Source: Gemmatimonadota bacterium (GTDB lineage Bacteria > Gemmatimonadota > Gemmatimonadetes > Gemmatimonadales > GWC2-71-9). Taken from it: a stretch of 64,000 nt of DNA. The notes under the pieces were generated by a model. It saw only the letters and a program-made list of their open reading frames with translations. It was not told where the DNA came from and searched no databases. This document shows, one piece after another, positions 12,057-18,786 of the stretch (its first letter is position 1; each line of letters opens with the position of its first letter). The DNA is taken from positions 65,928 to 129,927 of the forward strand of contig QHUK01000017.1 of assembly GCA_003222085.1 (NCBI GenBank). Reading direction: 5' to 3'. The position numbers and the translations under genes were made by a program.

Positions 12057-13238
12057 CTAACTTGAGGGGCGCCACGGTTCTACCCCGCACACGTCGCAAC
12101 CACTACAGGCCGTCCCCCGCTCCCCGAAATACGCGAGCAGCGCGGCACGACGGCACGTCCGCGTCTCCACGTAGCGTCGCACTTCCGTTGCGGCGTCGCC
12201 CCAGGCAAAGTCGGCGGGACGCCATACCACGACACACTCGGAGCGGCGACCGTCCCTGCCGGCACGCCCCGCCTCCTGGTAATAGGCTTCGACGGTGCGT
12301 GGCGGCCCCCAATGCAGCACGCGGCGCACGTCGGGTTTATCGATCCCCATGCCGAAGGCGCTCGTCGCCACCACGACCGGGGCGCGGTCCGCGAGAAACG
12401 CGCGCAGCACCCGGCGCCGGGTGCCGGCGGTGAGGCCCGCATGGTAGGGCGCCGCCCGCACGCCCATCCGCAGCAGGGCGCGGGTGACGAGCTCGGTGAG
12501 CCGGCGTGTCGGCGTGTACAGCACGACCGGCCCGTCCACGCGAATCAGCTCCCGCACGCGGGTGAACCGTTCGCGGTCGTCCCGCACCCGCTCCACGCGA
12601 AACACGAGGTTCGGGCGATCGAAGGACGTGACGACGACTTCTGCCTGCGGGATCCGGAGGACGTGCAGGATCTCGTTGCGCGTCCCCGGCGTGGCGCTTC
12701 CGGTGAGCGCGATGGTGACCGGATCGCCGAGCAGGTAGCGGTATCGGTCGAGCTTTCGGTATACGGGGCGAAACTCGTTGCCCCATTCCACGATGCAGTG
12801 GGCTTCGTCGACGGCGAGGAGCGACACCTCGCGCCCGGCGCGCGACAGCTGACGCACCAGCGAACCGAGCCGTTCGGGCGCGCAGTAGAGGAGCGCGAGG
12901 CTCCCGGACAGGGCGGCATCGAGGATCGCCCGGCCCTCACCCGGCGTCAGCAGGCCGTTCAGGTACGCGGCGGGGATTCCCCGCCGCCGGAGCGCCGCGA
13001 CCTGGTCCTGCATCAGCGAGATCAACGGCGAGACCACCAGCGTGAGGCCCCGGGCCATCAGCGCCGGCAGCTGGTAGCACAGCGACTTCCCTGCCCCCGT
13101 GGGCAGTACCGCCAGGATGCTCCGGCCGGCTAGGAGAGGCCCGAGCACCAGCAGCTGGTGGACGCGAAATGCCGCATGGCCGAACCGCTCGGCGAGCAGC
13201 CCGCGCGCCCGCCCGAGGCCTCCTGTGAACGGCGGCAT
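12057..13238 (-). CDS. RecQ-family ATP-dependent DNA helicase (short form: helicase core plus Zn-binding, no HRDC)
   Basis: 393 aa. Walker A LPTGAGKSLCYQLPAL, DEAH box VDEAHCIVEWGNEFRP, YYQEAGRAGRDG, and a C-terminal Cys cluster CRRAALLAYFGERGTACSGCDVC. Confidence 0.85.
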   Translation of the reverse strand: MPPFTGGLGRARGLLAERFGHAAFRVHQLLVLGPLLAGRSILAVLPTGAGKSLCYQLPALMARGLTLVVSPLISLMQDQVAALRRRGIPAAYLNGLLTPGEGRAILDAALSGSLALLYCAPERLGSLVRQLSRAGREVSLLAVDEAHCIVEWGNEFRPVYRKLDRYRYLLGDPVTIALTGSATPGTRNEILHVLRIPQAEVVVTSFDRPNLVFRVERVRDDRERFTRVRELIRVDGPVVLYTPTRRLTELVTRALLRMGVRAAPYHAGLTAGTRRRVLRAFLADRAPVVVATSAFGMGIDKPDVRRVLHWGPPRTVEAYYQEAGRAGRDGRRSECVVVWRPADFAWGDAATEVRRYVETRTCRRAALLAYFGERGTACSGCDVCGVEPWRPSS

Positions 13239-13312
13239 GCGGCAAAGAAAGCGGGCCCTGGTCGATGACCAGCGCCCGAATCGCGCAGCACGGACCGGAA
13301 CTTGGCGAGCAG

Positions 13313-13346
13313 ACTGACGACTGAACGACTGACGACGGACGACTGC
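13313..13346. repeat. Tandem heptamer repeat (GACTGAC-like) x5
   Basis: gactgac gactgaac gactgac gacggac gactgcc, directly abutting the stop (13347) of the zinc-ribbon gene. Confidence 0.6.
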
Positions 13347-13664
13347 CTACGCCCGATCCTGCCAGTCCACCCCGAAGCTGTTGCCGCACTCGACGCATTT
13401 CACGTCTTTGGGCTGTCCCGAGACGTGCTGCCGCTTGTGACAGCCGGGGCACACGAGATGGGGCTCATGCACCACGCTCCAGGCCTTCGGCCGCTCCTTC
13501 CGGATCTCTACATTCTCCTTGGGAACGCGCACTTCGACCTGGTGCACGTCCAGCACGAGCCAGGACTTGCCGGACTCTTCGACGATGCGGTACCACGCGC
13601 CTCGCCGTAGGCCTTCCTTTTCGGCGCGTTCAGCGCGGCTCCGGGCCCATCCGATGTCGGCCAT
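13347..13664 (-). CDS. Hypothetical protein with C-terminal CxxC...CxxC zinc ribbon
   Basis: 105 aa with ATG at 13664. Motif CPGCHKRQHVSGQPKDVKCVECG. Codon bias fits the genome. The start lies 3 nt after the stop of the upstream GroES-like gene. Confidence 0.6.
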   Translation of the reverse strand: MADIGWARSRAERAEKEGLRRGAWYRIVEESGKSWLVLDVHQVEVRVPKENVEIRKERPKAWSVVHEPHLVCPGCHKRQHVSGQPKDVKCVECGNSFGVDWQDRA

Positions 13665-13667
13665 GAC

Positions 13668-14048
13668 CTACTCCAGTTCCTCGGGTATCGATTCCCGCAC
13701 CAGCACGAGGATTGCCGCCTGCGGGACGACCAGGTACTTCGTTCCTTCGAACGTGATCTCCACGGCAGCCTTGCGGAAGAACAGCGCGTAATCCCCAACC
13801 CGCGCCTGCATCGGCAGGTACTTGACGTCGGGTCCGCGGATCTTCCAGGGCTCATCATCCATGCTCGCCGGCTCGGTCATCGGGGTGCCCGGCCCGGTCG
13901 CTACCACCCGGCCGCCCTGAACCTGCCGGGTTTCGACCGCGGTCGGCGGGAGGTACAGGCCGACGTTGGTGCGCTCCTCCCCCTCTTCGGGAGCGATGAG
14001 CACGCGGTCACCGACCACGATCAGGCGCTTGGGGGCCTCGTCCGGCAT
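13668..14048 (-). CDS. GroES (Cpn10)-family protein with internal insertion, no adjacent groEL
   Basis: 126 aa. The pattern DRVLIAP..E.....GLYLP......QGGRVVATGPG ... ARVGDYALF ... YLVV...ILVLV follows the GroES beta-barrel. It has an insertion of about 15-20 aa (TEPASMDDEPWKIRGPDVKY) before the second half. Confidence 0.6.
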   Translation of the reverse strand: MPDEAPKRLIVVGDRVLIAPEEGEERTNVGLYLPPTAVETRQVQGGRVVATGPGTPMTEPASMDDEPWKIRGPDVKYLPMQARVGDYALFFRKAAVEITFEGTKYLVVPQAAILVLVRESIPEELE

Positions 14049-14068
14049 GGGGTCCAGTATACAATTTT

Positions 14069-14197
14069 CCCCCCTTACGGGGGGGGGAGGTCGGTGGAGG
14101 TTGGGGGAAGTTGGTGGAGGTTTGTGGAGGCTGCGCCGCAGACGGGGCCAACCTCCACCGCCCTCCCCCGCCCTCCCCCGTCCTCCCCCAGCCTCCC
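14069..14197. repeat. Decamer-array inverted repeat, copy B (full hairpin: G-rich arm, loop, C-rich arm)
   Basis: It begins with the small hairpin CCCCCC-TTAC-GGGGGG. The left arm spans 14081..14130: gggggggagg tcggtggagg ttgggggaag ttggtggagg tttgtggagg. The loop is ctgcgccgcagacggggcca. The right arm spans 14151..14197: acctccaccg ccctcccccg ccctcccccg tcctccccca gcctccc. Both arms are arrays of the same unit NNGGKGGAGG in opposite orientation. Confidence 0.75.
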
Positions 14198-14201
14198 TTT
14201 A

Positions 14202-14252
14202 GTGATGTGGATCACGTGCCCCGCTTGACAGGGCTGGGCGCCTCACTATTAA
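14202..14252 (+). promoter_or_regulatory. Candidate sigma70-type promoter (TTGACA-16-TATTAA) with an upstream palindrome GTGAT-N4-ATCAC
   Basis: TTGACA at 14225..14230, a 16-nt spacer, then TATTAA at 14247..14252, about 65 nt upstream of the ATG at 14317. The palindrome GTGATGTGGATCAC (14202..14215) and CACGTG abut the -35. Confidence 0.45.
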
Positions 14253-14316
14253 TGCGCGCCTGCCGCAGAGCCTCTGGCGGCCGCCATTCCCCGTTCCATG
14301 CGGAAGGGACAAAGAC

Positions 14317-15546
14317 ATGCAAAACCCGATTGGCGCGGCTCAGACGGAGCAGTGGAGCTTGATTCTGCAGACGGTATGGGGCTGGATCTGGGGCGGCCTG
14401 TCCTGGATCGTCGATTGGCAGGCGCTCGTGTTCCGGACGGTGCTCTACGGTGATTCCTTCTGGCAGATCGTCGGGAAGTTTTTGTTGCTCTTCTTTCCGG
14501 CGACGGTGTTGGTCGCGGGCGTCTGGGGAACGATGGTCTCGCTCTACACCATTCCGTTCCGTTCCGGGCGCGGACGCTTTCTGGCCGCGCTGCTCATGTC
14601 CTGGTGGGACTCGGTCCGCATGGCGTGGTTCTACTGGTTCGGCCTGGCGCGGTTCCTCCTGGTGTTCGTCGGCTGGATCTGGGGTCTGCTGCGGCTGGGC
14701 GTAGGGTTGTTGTGGAGAACTCTCAAGAACCTGGTCACGTCGCCCTTCGCGATGCTCGATTCGAGCTCGCGCGAGCCGGGGGTGCCCTGGATCGCCTTCA
14801 TGCTGCTGCTGTTCTGGTCCGCCATCGAGGCCACGATCTTCACGTTCACGCTGCGTCCCACGATGAGCGAGCTGCTCTCGGACCTGACGGGCTACCAGGT
14901 GAACGCGCTGGCCCTCGTCGTGCTCCTGTGGTTCTTTCTGTTCATCATCATCGGGGGCAGCTTCGCCTGCATCCAGGTGCTGAACGAGGCGATCAAGACT
15001 CGCGCGATCGGGCAGATCGTCTCGATGGTGCTGGTCGAGTTGGCGGTTGCCCTGTTCGAGGTGCTGTTCTTGTACCGCGAGCTGATCGACGCCATCACGC
15101 CGTGGCTGGCGCAGCAGGGGTTCCAGTTGGGGATCGTCGGGACCCTGGGGCTGGCCCTGCTGGGGTGGGTGGGCGTGCGCGGCATGACGTGGTTCCTGTT
15201 CGGCCGGTTCGGGACGCCGGCGCTCCTCGCCATCCTGGGCCGGAAGGCGATGGAAGGCGTGGGCGCCGTGCGGGCGGCCGCGACCGCGGACGCGGAGTTC
15301 TGGCGCGGGCCGATCAACGCGCTCAAGGCGGAGCACGAGTGGTTCAAGAAGGAGGCCCAGCACCTGATGGAGCTGCTGACCTTGCCGGTGCTGCAGCTCG
15401 TCGCGAGCGGGTTCAACTTCTTGGTCGTCGTGATCATGGGCAAGCCGCACTTCAACCTGCCGTTCCGGTCGCTGGACCAGGTGCTCCACAGCACACCGAT
15501 CTTCGCGACCGGCAAGACCCACACGGTCGAGGGAGGTGCGTCATGA
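14317..15546 (+). CDS. Polytopic membrane protein of unknown function (Trp-rich, about 8 or more hydrophobic segments)
   Basis: 409 aa with ATG at 14317. Multiple long hydrophobic stretches (WGWIWGGLSWIV, LLLFFPATVLVAGVWGTMV, ALVVLLWFFLFIIIGGSF, etc.) and a C-terminal amphipathic region. I recognise no family. The stop overlaps the next start as ATGA. Confidence 0.75.
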   Translation: MQNPIGAAQTEQWSLILQTVWGWIWGGLSWIVDWQALVFRTVLYGDSFWQIVGKFLLLFFPATVLVAGVWGTMVSLYTIPFRSGRGRFLAALLMSWWDSVRMAWFYWFGLARFLLVFVGWIWGLLRLGVGLLWRTLKNLVTSPFAMLDSSSREPGVPWIAFMLLLFWSAIEATIFTFTLRPTMSELLSDLTGYQVNALALVVLLWFFLFIIIGGSFACIQVLNEAIKTRAIGQIVSMVLVELAVALFEVLFLYRELIDAITPWLAQQGFQLGIVGTLGLALLGWVGVRGMTWFLFGRFGTPALLAILGRKAMEGVGAVRAAATADAEFWRGPINALKAEHEWFKKEAQHLMELLTLPVLQLVASGFNFLVVVIMGKPHFNLPFRSLDQVLHSTPIFATGKTHTVEGGAS

Positions 15547-16292
15547 GGCGTGGCGTCGCGGCACTTGCGCTGAGCGTCGTGGCGTGCTCGCCGTCGCAAC
15601 GGGCCGAGACGCCCCGGTCGACGCTCGTGATCGGCCTCGACATCAGCGGCTCGTTCCGCCGCAACCCCAGCTTCAACGGGGCGATCGAGTTCGCGTCGCT
15701 CTACATTTACGGCCATCTGAACGGGGTCGACGGACTGCAGCCGAACACGGCGATCTTCGTGGGGGAGCTGGGCGGAGAGCGTACCGGCCAGGCCAAGGTG
15801 TTCCACCCGATCCAGGATCTTTCGGGGAAGTCGCCTGCGCAGATCGCGTCGGACCTGCGGGCGTGGTTCCCGCAAGAAGACCCGATCACCGACTTCAACG
15901 CGTTCTTCCAGCGCGCCGCCCTGCACGTGAAGCGTAACAATCTGGTGCTGGCGCCCCTCAACGTCGTGCTGTTCTCCGACGGCGAGCCCGACTATCCGGG
16001 GGCAGGCCGGATGTCGCTCGACGACCGCTACAAGCGCATCGACCTGAGCCCGCTCGAGTACCTGTCGCGCAATGTGACCGTGCGCCTGCTGTACGCCGAC
16101 CCGCCCATCGCCCAGCTGTGGGAGAACAAGGTGCCGCGAAAGCGGGTGCGCCTGTGGACGCAGGATTCGGAAGTAATGAAAGGGTGGCGCCGCCACGTGG
16201 TCGACGGCGCGGCGATCGGGCGGCAGGATTCGCTCTGGTCCTGGGTGGACAAGGTGGTGGATGTGCGGGTACGGCGGGAGCGAGTGCTCTAA
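15543..16292 (+). CDS. Lipoprotein with von Willebrand factor A (vWA)-like domain
   Basis: ATG at 15543. Lipobox LALSVVAC. MIDAS-like motifs are GLDISGSF (DxSxS), ITDFN (Thr) and LFSDGEPD (Asp). 249 aa. Confidence 0.75.
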   Translation: MRRGVAALALSVVACSPSQRAETPRSTLVIGLDISGSFRRNPSFNGAIEFASLYIYGHLNGVDGLQPNTAIFVGELGGERTGQAKVFHPIQDLSGKSPAQIASDLRAWFPQEDPITDFNAFFQRAALHVKRNNLVLAPLNVVLFSDGEPDYPGAGRMSLDDRYKRIDLSPLEYLSRNVTVRLLYADPPIAQLWENKVPRKRVRLWTQDSEVMKGWRRHVVDGAAIGRQDSLWSWVDKVVDVRVRRERVL

Positions 16293-16705
16293 AAGAAAGA
16301 CGGGGGAGGACGGTGGAGGGCGGTGAAGGGCGGTGGAGGTTGGGGCGACCCTCGACCGCCTTCCACCGCCCTTCCCCGCCCTCCCATCTGCGGCGAGGAT
16401 GGCGCGTAGCCTGTGAAGTAGCGCCTGGCGCGCGCGGTCGCGTCGGCGTCCTGGCCCGCGAACACCGTGAGCAGTCGGGCGGGTCGACGCGTATGCTGCA
16501 ACGCGAGGTTCGCGGCGGGGCGCGCGTTCCGAGCGGCACATCCGCAGACCGAGTTCACGACGACGAGCGTCGTGTCCTTCGCGGTCCCCAGCACCGCCTC
16601 AACCTCTGCGGGCGTACGGAGCTCCTGGAATCCGAGGCGGGTGAGCTCCTCGCGCATCGGCTGGACGAGCCGGGGGTCGTACAGGGGGACGTTCAGGCCT
16701 GCCAT
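16289..16705 (-). CDS. Bacilliredoxin-family (DUF1094, BrxA/BrxB-like, CGC motif) protein with repeat-derived C-terminus; possibly a pseudogene
   Basis: ATG at 16705. The sequence MAGLNVPLYDPRLVQPMREELTRLGFQELRTPAEVEAVLG..TTLVVVNSVCGCAARNARPAA...TVFAGQDADATARARRYFTGYAPSSPQM matches the family up to SSPxM. The remaining 31 residues (GGRGRAVEGGRGSPQPPPPFTALHRPPPSFF) are encoded entirely by repeat copy C. Confidence 0.65.
   Translation of the reverse strand: MAGLNVPLYDPRLVQPMREELTRLGFQELRTPAEVEAVLGTAKDTTLVVVNSVCGCAARNARPAANLALQHTRRPARLLTVFAGQDADATARARRYFTGYAPSSPQMGGRGRAVEGGRGSPQPPPPFTALHRPPPSFF
16301..16385. repeat. Decamer-array inverted repeat, copy C (full hairpin)
   Basis: Left arm cgggggagga cggtggaggg cggtgaaggg cggtggaggt tgggg, loop cgaccctcg, right arm accgcc ttccaccgcc cttccccgcc ctccc. 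It sits between the convergent vWA gene stop and the bacilliredoxin-family gene, and it encodes that gene's last 31 codons. Confidence 0.75.
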
Positions 16706-16766
16706 GGTCACCTCGAGTAGAAATGTGCCGCTGATTGAATCATAATAACGACAACAGACCTTCTCC

Positions 16767-17435
16767 ATGCGCGTGCTGATCGTCGAAGACGACCCCAACC
16801 TGGCTGGCCTGCTCCGCGACGGTCTGCGCGCGCAGCGCATCGATCCGACCCTGGCCGCGACGTTCGCCGAAGGCCGCGACCGTGCACAGGGAGGCTCGTT
16901 CGACGTGATCATTCTGGACGTGCGGCTCCCGGGGGGGACCGGCCTGGAGCTCTGCGGGGAGCTCAGGCGCGGGGGGAGCTCGACACCGGTCCTGATGCTG
17001 ACGGCACTCGATGCCCTCGACGACCGGGTGCGGGGGCTCGAGGTCGGGGCGGACGACTATCTCACGAAGCCGTTCGCGTTCCGGGAGCTCGTGGCGCGCC
17101 TCAAGGCGCTCGCGCGTCGCCGGCCCGCCCTGTCGCCGGCCCGGTACCGGATCGCCGACCTCGAGGTCGACCTCGGCACCCGCCAGGTGCATCGCCGCGG
17201 CCAGCCGATCACCCTGAGCGCGAAGGAGTTCGCGTTGCTGGAGCTGTTCGTGCTGAACCAGGGGCGGGTGCTGGATCGCTCGACCATTACCACGCACGTG
17301 TGGGACGACAATCACGACCCGTTCGCCAACGTGCTCGAGGTGCTCGTCGGGCGCTTGCGGCGCAAGATCGACGACGGCTTCGAGCCGAAGTTGATCACGA
17401 CGCTGCGCGGCGCGGGGTACCGGTTCGGCACGTGA
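16767..17435 (+). CDS. OmpR-family response regulator
   Basis: 222 aa. Receiver domain (MRVLIVEDD, DVIILDVRLPG, LTKPF) plus a winged-helix output domain (LSAKEFALLELF, LRGAGYRF). Confidence 0.9.
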   Translation: MRVLIVEDDPNLAGLLRDGLRAQRIDPTLAATFAEGRDRAQGGSFDVIILDVRLPGGTGLELCGELRRGGSSTPVLMLTALDALDDRVRGLEVGADDYLTKPFAFRELVARLKALARRRPALSPARYRIADLEVDLGTRQVHRRGQPITLSAKEFALLELFVLNQGRVLDRSTITTHVWDDNHDPFANVLEVLVGRLRRKIDDGFEPKLITTLRGAGYRFGT

Positions 17436-17446
17436 AGCGCCACGCC

Positions 17447-18712
17447 ATGAACCCGCTCGCGCGCCTGCGACTGCAGTTGACGGTGTGGTATGCCGCGGTG
17501 CTCACGCTGGTGCTCGCGCTGCTGGGCGCCGGCCTGTTTCTGACGGTCCGGCAGCAGATGTCCAGACATGTCGACAAGTCACTCGGCGCTGCGGCGGCCG
17601 CCCTCGAACAGGCGGCACGCATCCGTGAGACCGAGCGTGCGAGCGCCCACGGAGCCGTGGTCGATGCCGTGGACGAGCTGCATATCCCCGAGCGATCGCT
17701 CTACCTGCTCGACCAGGAAGGGCGCCCCATCAAGCCTGCGGGGGTCCCCGTATGGATCCGGGACGCGGCGCGGCAGGCCGTCCAGTCCCAGCACGGGTAC
17801 CGGGACCTCGATGCCCCGGACGGCCGGGAGCTCCGGATCTATGCCGAGCGGTTCACGGGGACGACCGGGGCGCCGTACATCGCCGCCGTCGTCGCCGACC
17901 GCATCGAGCTCGAGGACGAGTATGCCTCGCTGATCAAGACGTTCGGGGCCGCGGCGCTCGCGGCACTGCTCCTCGTCGCCGGGGGCGGCTACATCCTGGT
18001 CCGCAAATCTACGGCGCCGATCGAGCGGTCGATGGATCAGATGCGCCGTTTCATGGCCGACGCCGCCCATGAGCTGCGCACGCCCATCACCATTCTCCGC
18101 ACCCGCGCCGAAGTCGCCCTCGCCCAGGAGCGGGAAACGGCGCAAGACGCGGCGACGTTCCAGGCGATCGAGCGGGAGGCGGCCCGCGTGGGCGGCATTG
18201 TGGGCGATCTCCTGACCCTCGCCCGCGCGGACAGTGGCGAGCGGCCCGTCGCGCGTGAGCCGCTCTATCTCGACGACCTCGCAGCCGGTGCGGTAGACGC
18301 CGTCCGGGCGCTGGCGACGAGCAAGGGACTCACCCTGGAGGTCGGGGCGTTCGAGGAAGCCAGGATCACGGGAGACGGGGCGCTCGTCCGCCAACTGCTG
18401 CTGATCGTCCTCGACAATGCCATCAAGTTCACCCCCGCGGGCGGGCACGTCCGTCTCAACGTGTCCGTCGAGGACGGCCGGGCGGCCGTGGTCGTGAGCG
18501 ACACCGGTATCGGTATCCCGGCCGACCAGCTTCCTCACGTCTTCGAGCGCTTCTATCGCGGCGATCCGGCCCGGCGGGAGGCGGACGGAACCGGGCTCGG
18601 CCTCGCGATCGCCCGCTGGATCGCCGATGCGCACCACGCGCGCATCGACATCCGCTCCGCTCCAGGGACGGGCACTCGGGTCACCATCACGCTCCCGCTG
18701 TCGCCGGCCTAG
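17447..18712 (+). CDS. Sensor histidine kinase (two TM segments, HisKA plus HATPase_c)
   Basis: ATG at 17447 (MNPLARLRLQLTVWYAAVLTLVLALL). An in-frame GTG at 17432 that overlaps the regulator stop is an alternative start. H-box FMADAAHELRTPIT, plus LDNAIKFTP, DTGIGIP and GTGLGLAIA. Confidence 0.85.
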   Translation: MNPLARLRLQLTVWYAAVLTLVLALLGAGLFLTVRQQMSRHVDKSLGAAAAALEQAARIRETERASAHGAVVDAVDELHIPERSLYLLDQEGRPIKPAGVPVWIRDAARQAVQSQHGYRDLDAPDGRELRIYAERFTGTTGAPYIAAVVADRIELEDEYASLIKTFGAAALAALLLVAGGGYILVRKSTAPIERSMDQMRRFMADAAHELRTPITILRTRAEVALAQERETAQDAATFQAIEREAARVGGIVGDLLTLARADSGERPVAREPLYLDDLAAGAVDAVRALATSKGLTLEVGAFEEARITGDGALVRQLLLIVLDNAIKFTPAGGHVRLNVSVEDGRAAVVVSDTGIGIPADQLPHVFERFYRGDPARREADGTGLGLAIARWIADAHHARIDIRSAPGTGTRVTITLPLSPA

Positions 18713-18786
18713 AAGCAGATCGTTCGCGCCTGCGGCGCTGAGGATGACAGGCGCGTTCCCTCCGTGCGAGCGAAGGATCTGCTTCT
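18711..18786. terminator. Nested hairpin between convergent kinase and RND genes (putative bidirectional terminator)
   Basis: The outer arms AGAAGCAGATCGTTCGC (18711..18727) and GCGAAGGATCTGCTTCT (18770..18786) form 17 bp with one mismatch. The inner stem pairs GCGCCTG (18726..18732) with CAGGCGC (18748..18754). The arms touch both stop codons. There is no clear U-tract. Confidence 0.4.

Noticed and set aside
12057-13238. The short RecQ-like helicase as part of a defence system or mobile island
   Set aside because: It has canonical RecQ core motifs and a Zn-binding cluster. There is no adjacent nuclease, methylase, integrase or toxin gene, and the flanks are housekeeping genes. It is more simply a minimal RecQ paralog.
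14069-14086. The CCCCCC-TTAC-GGGGGG hairpin as an intrinsic terminator
   Set aside because: No U-tract follows it in either orientation. It sits upstream, not downstream, of the divergent genes, so I treat it as part of repeat copy B.
14081-14197. Decamer arrays as a CRISPR array or minisatellite-coded protein
   Set aside because: The units are 10 nt and directly abutting, with no spacers, and there are no cas genes. The arms are inverted copies of each other, which CRISPR arrays are not.
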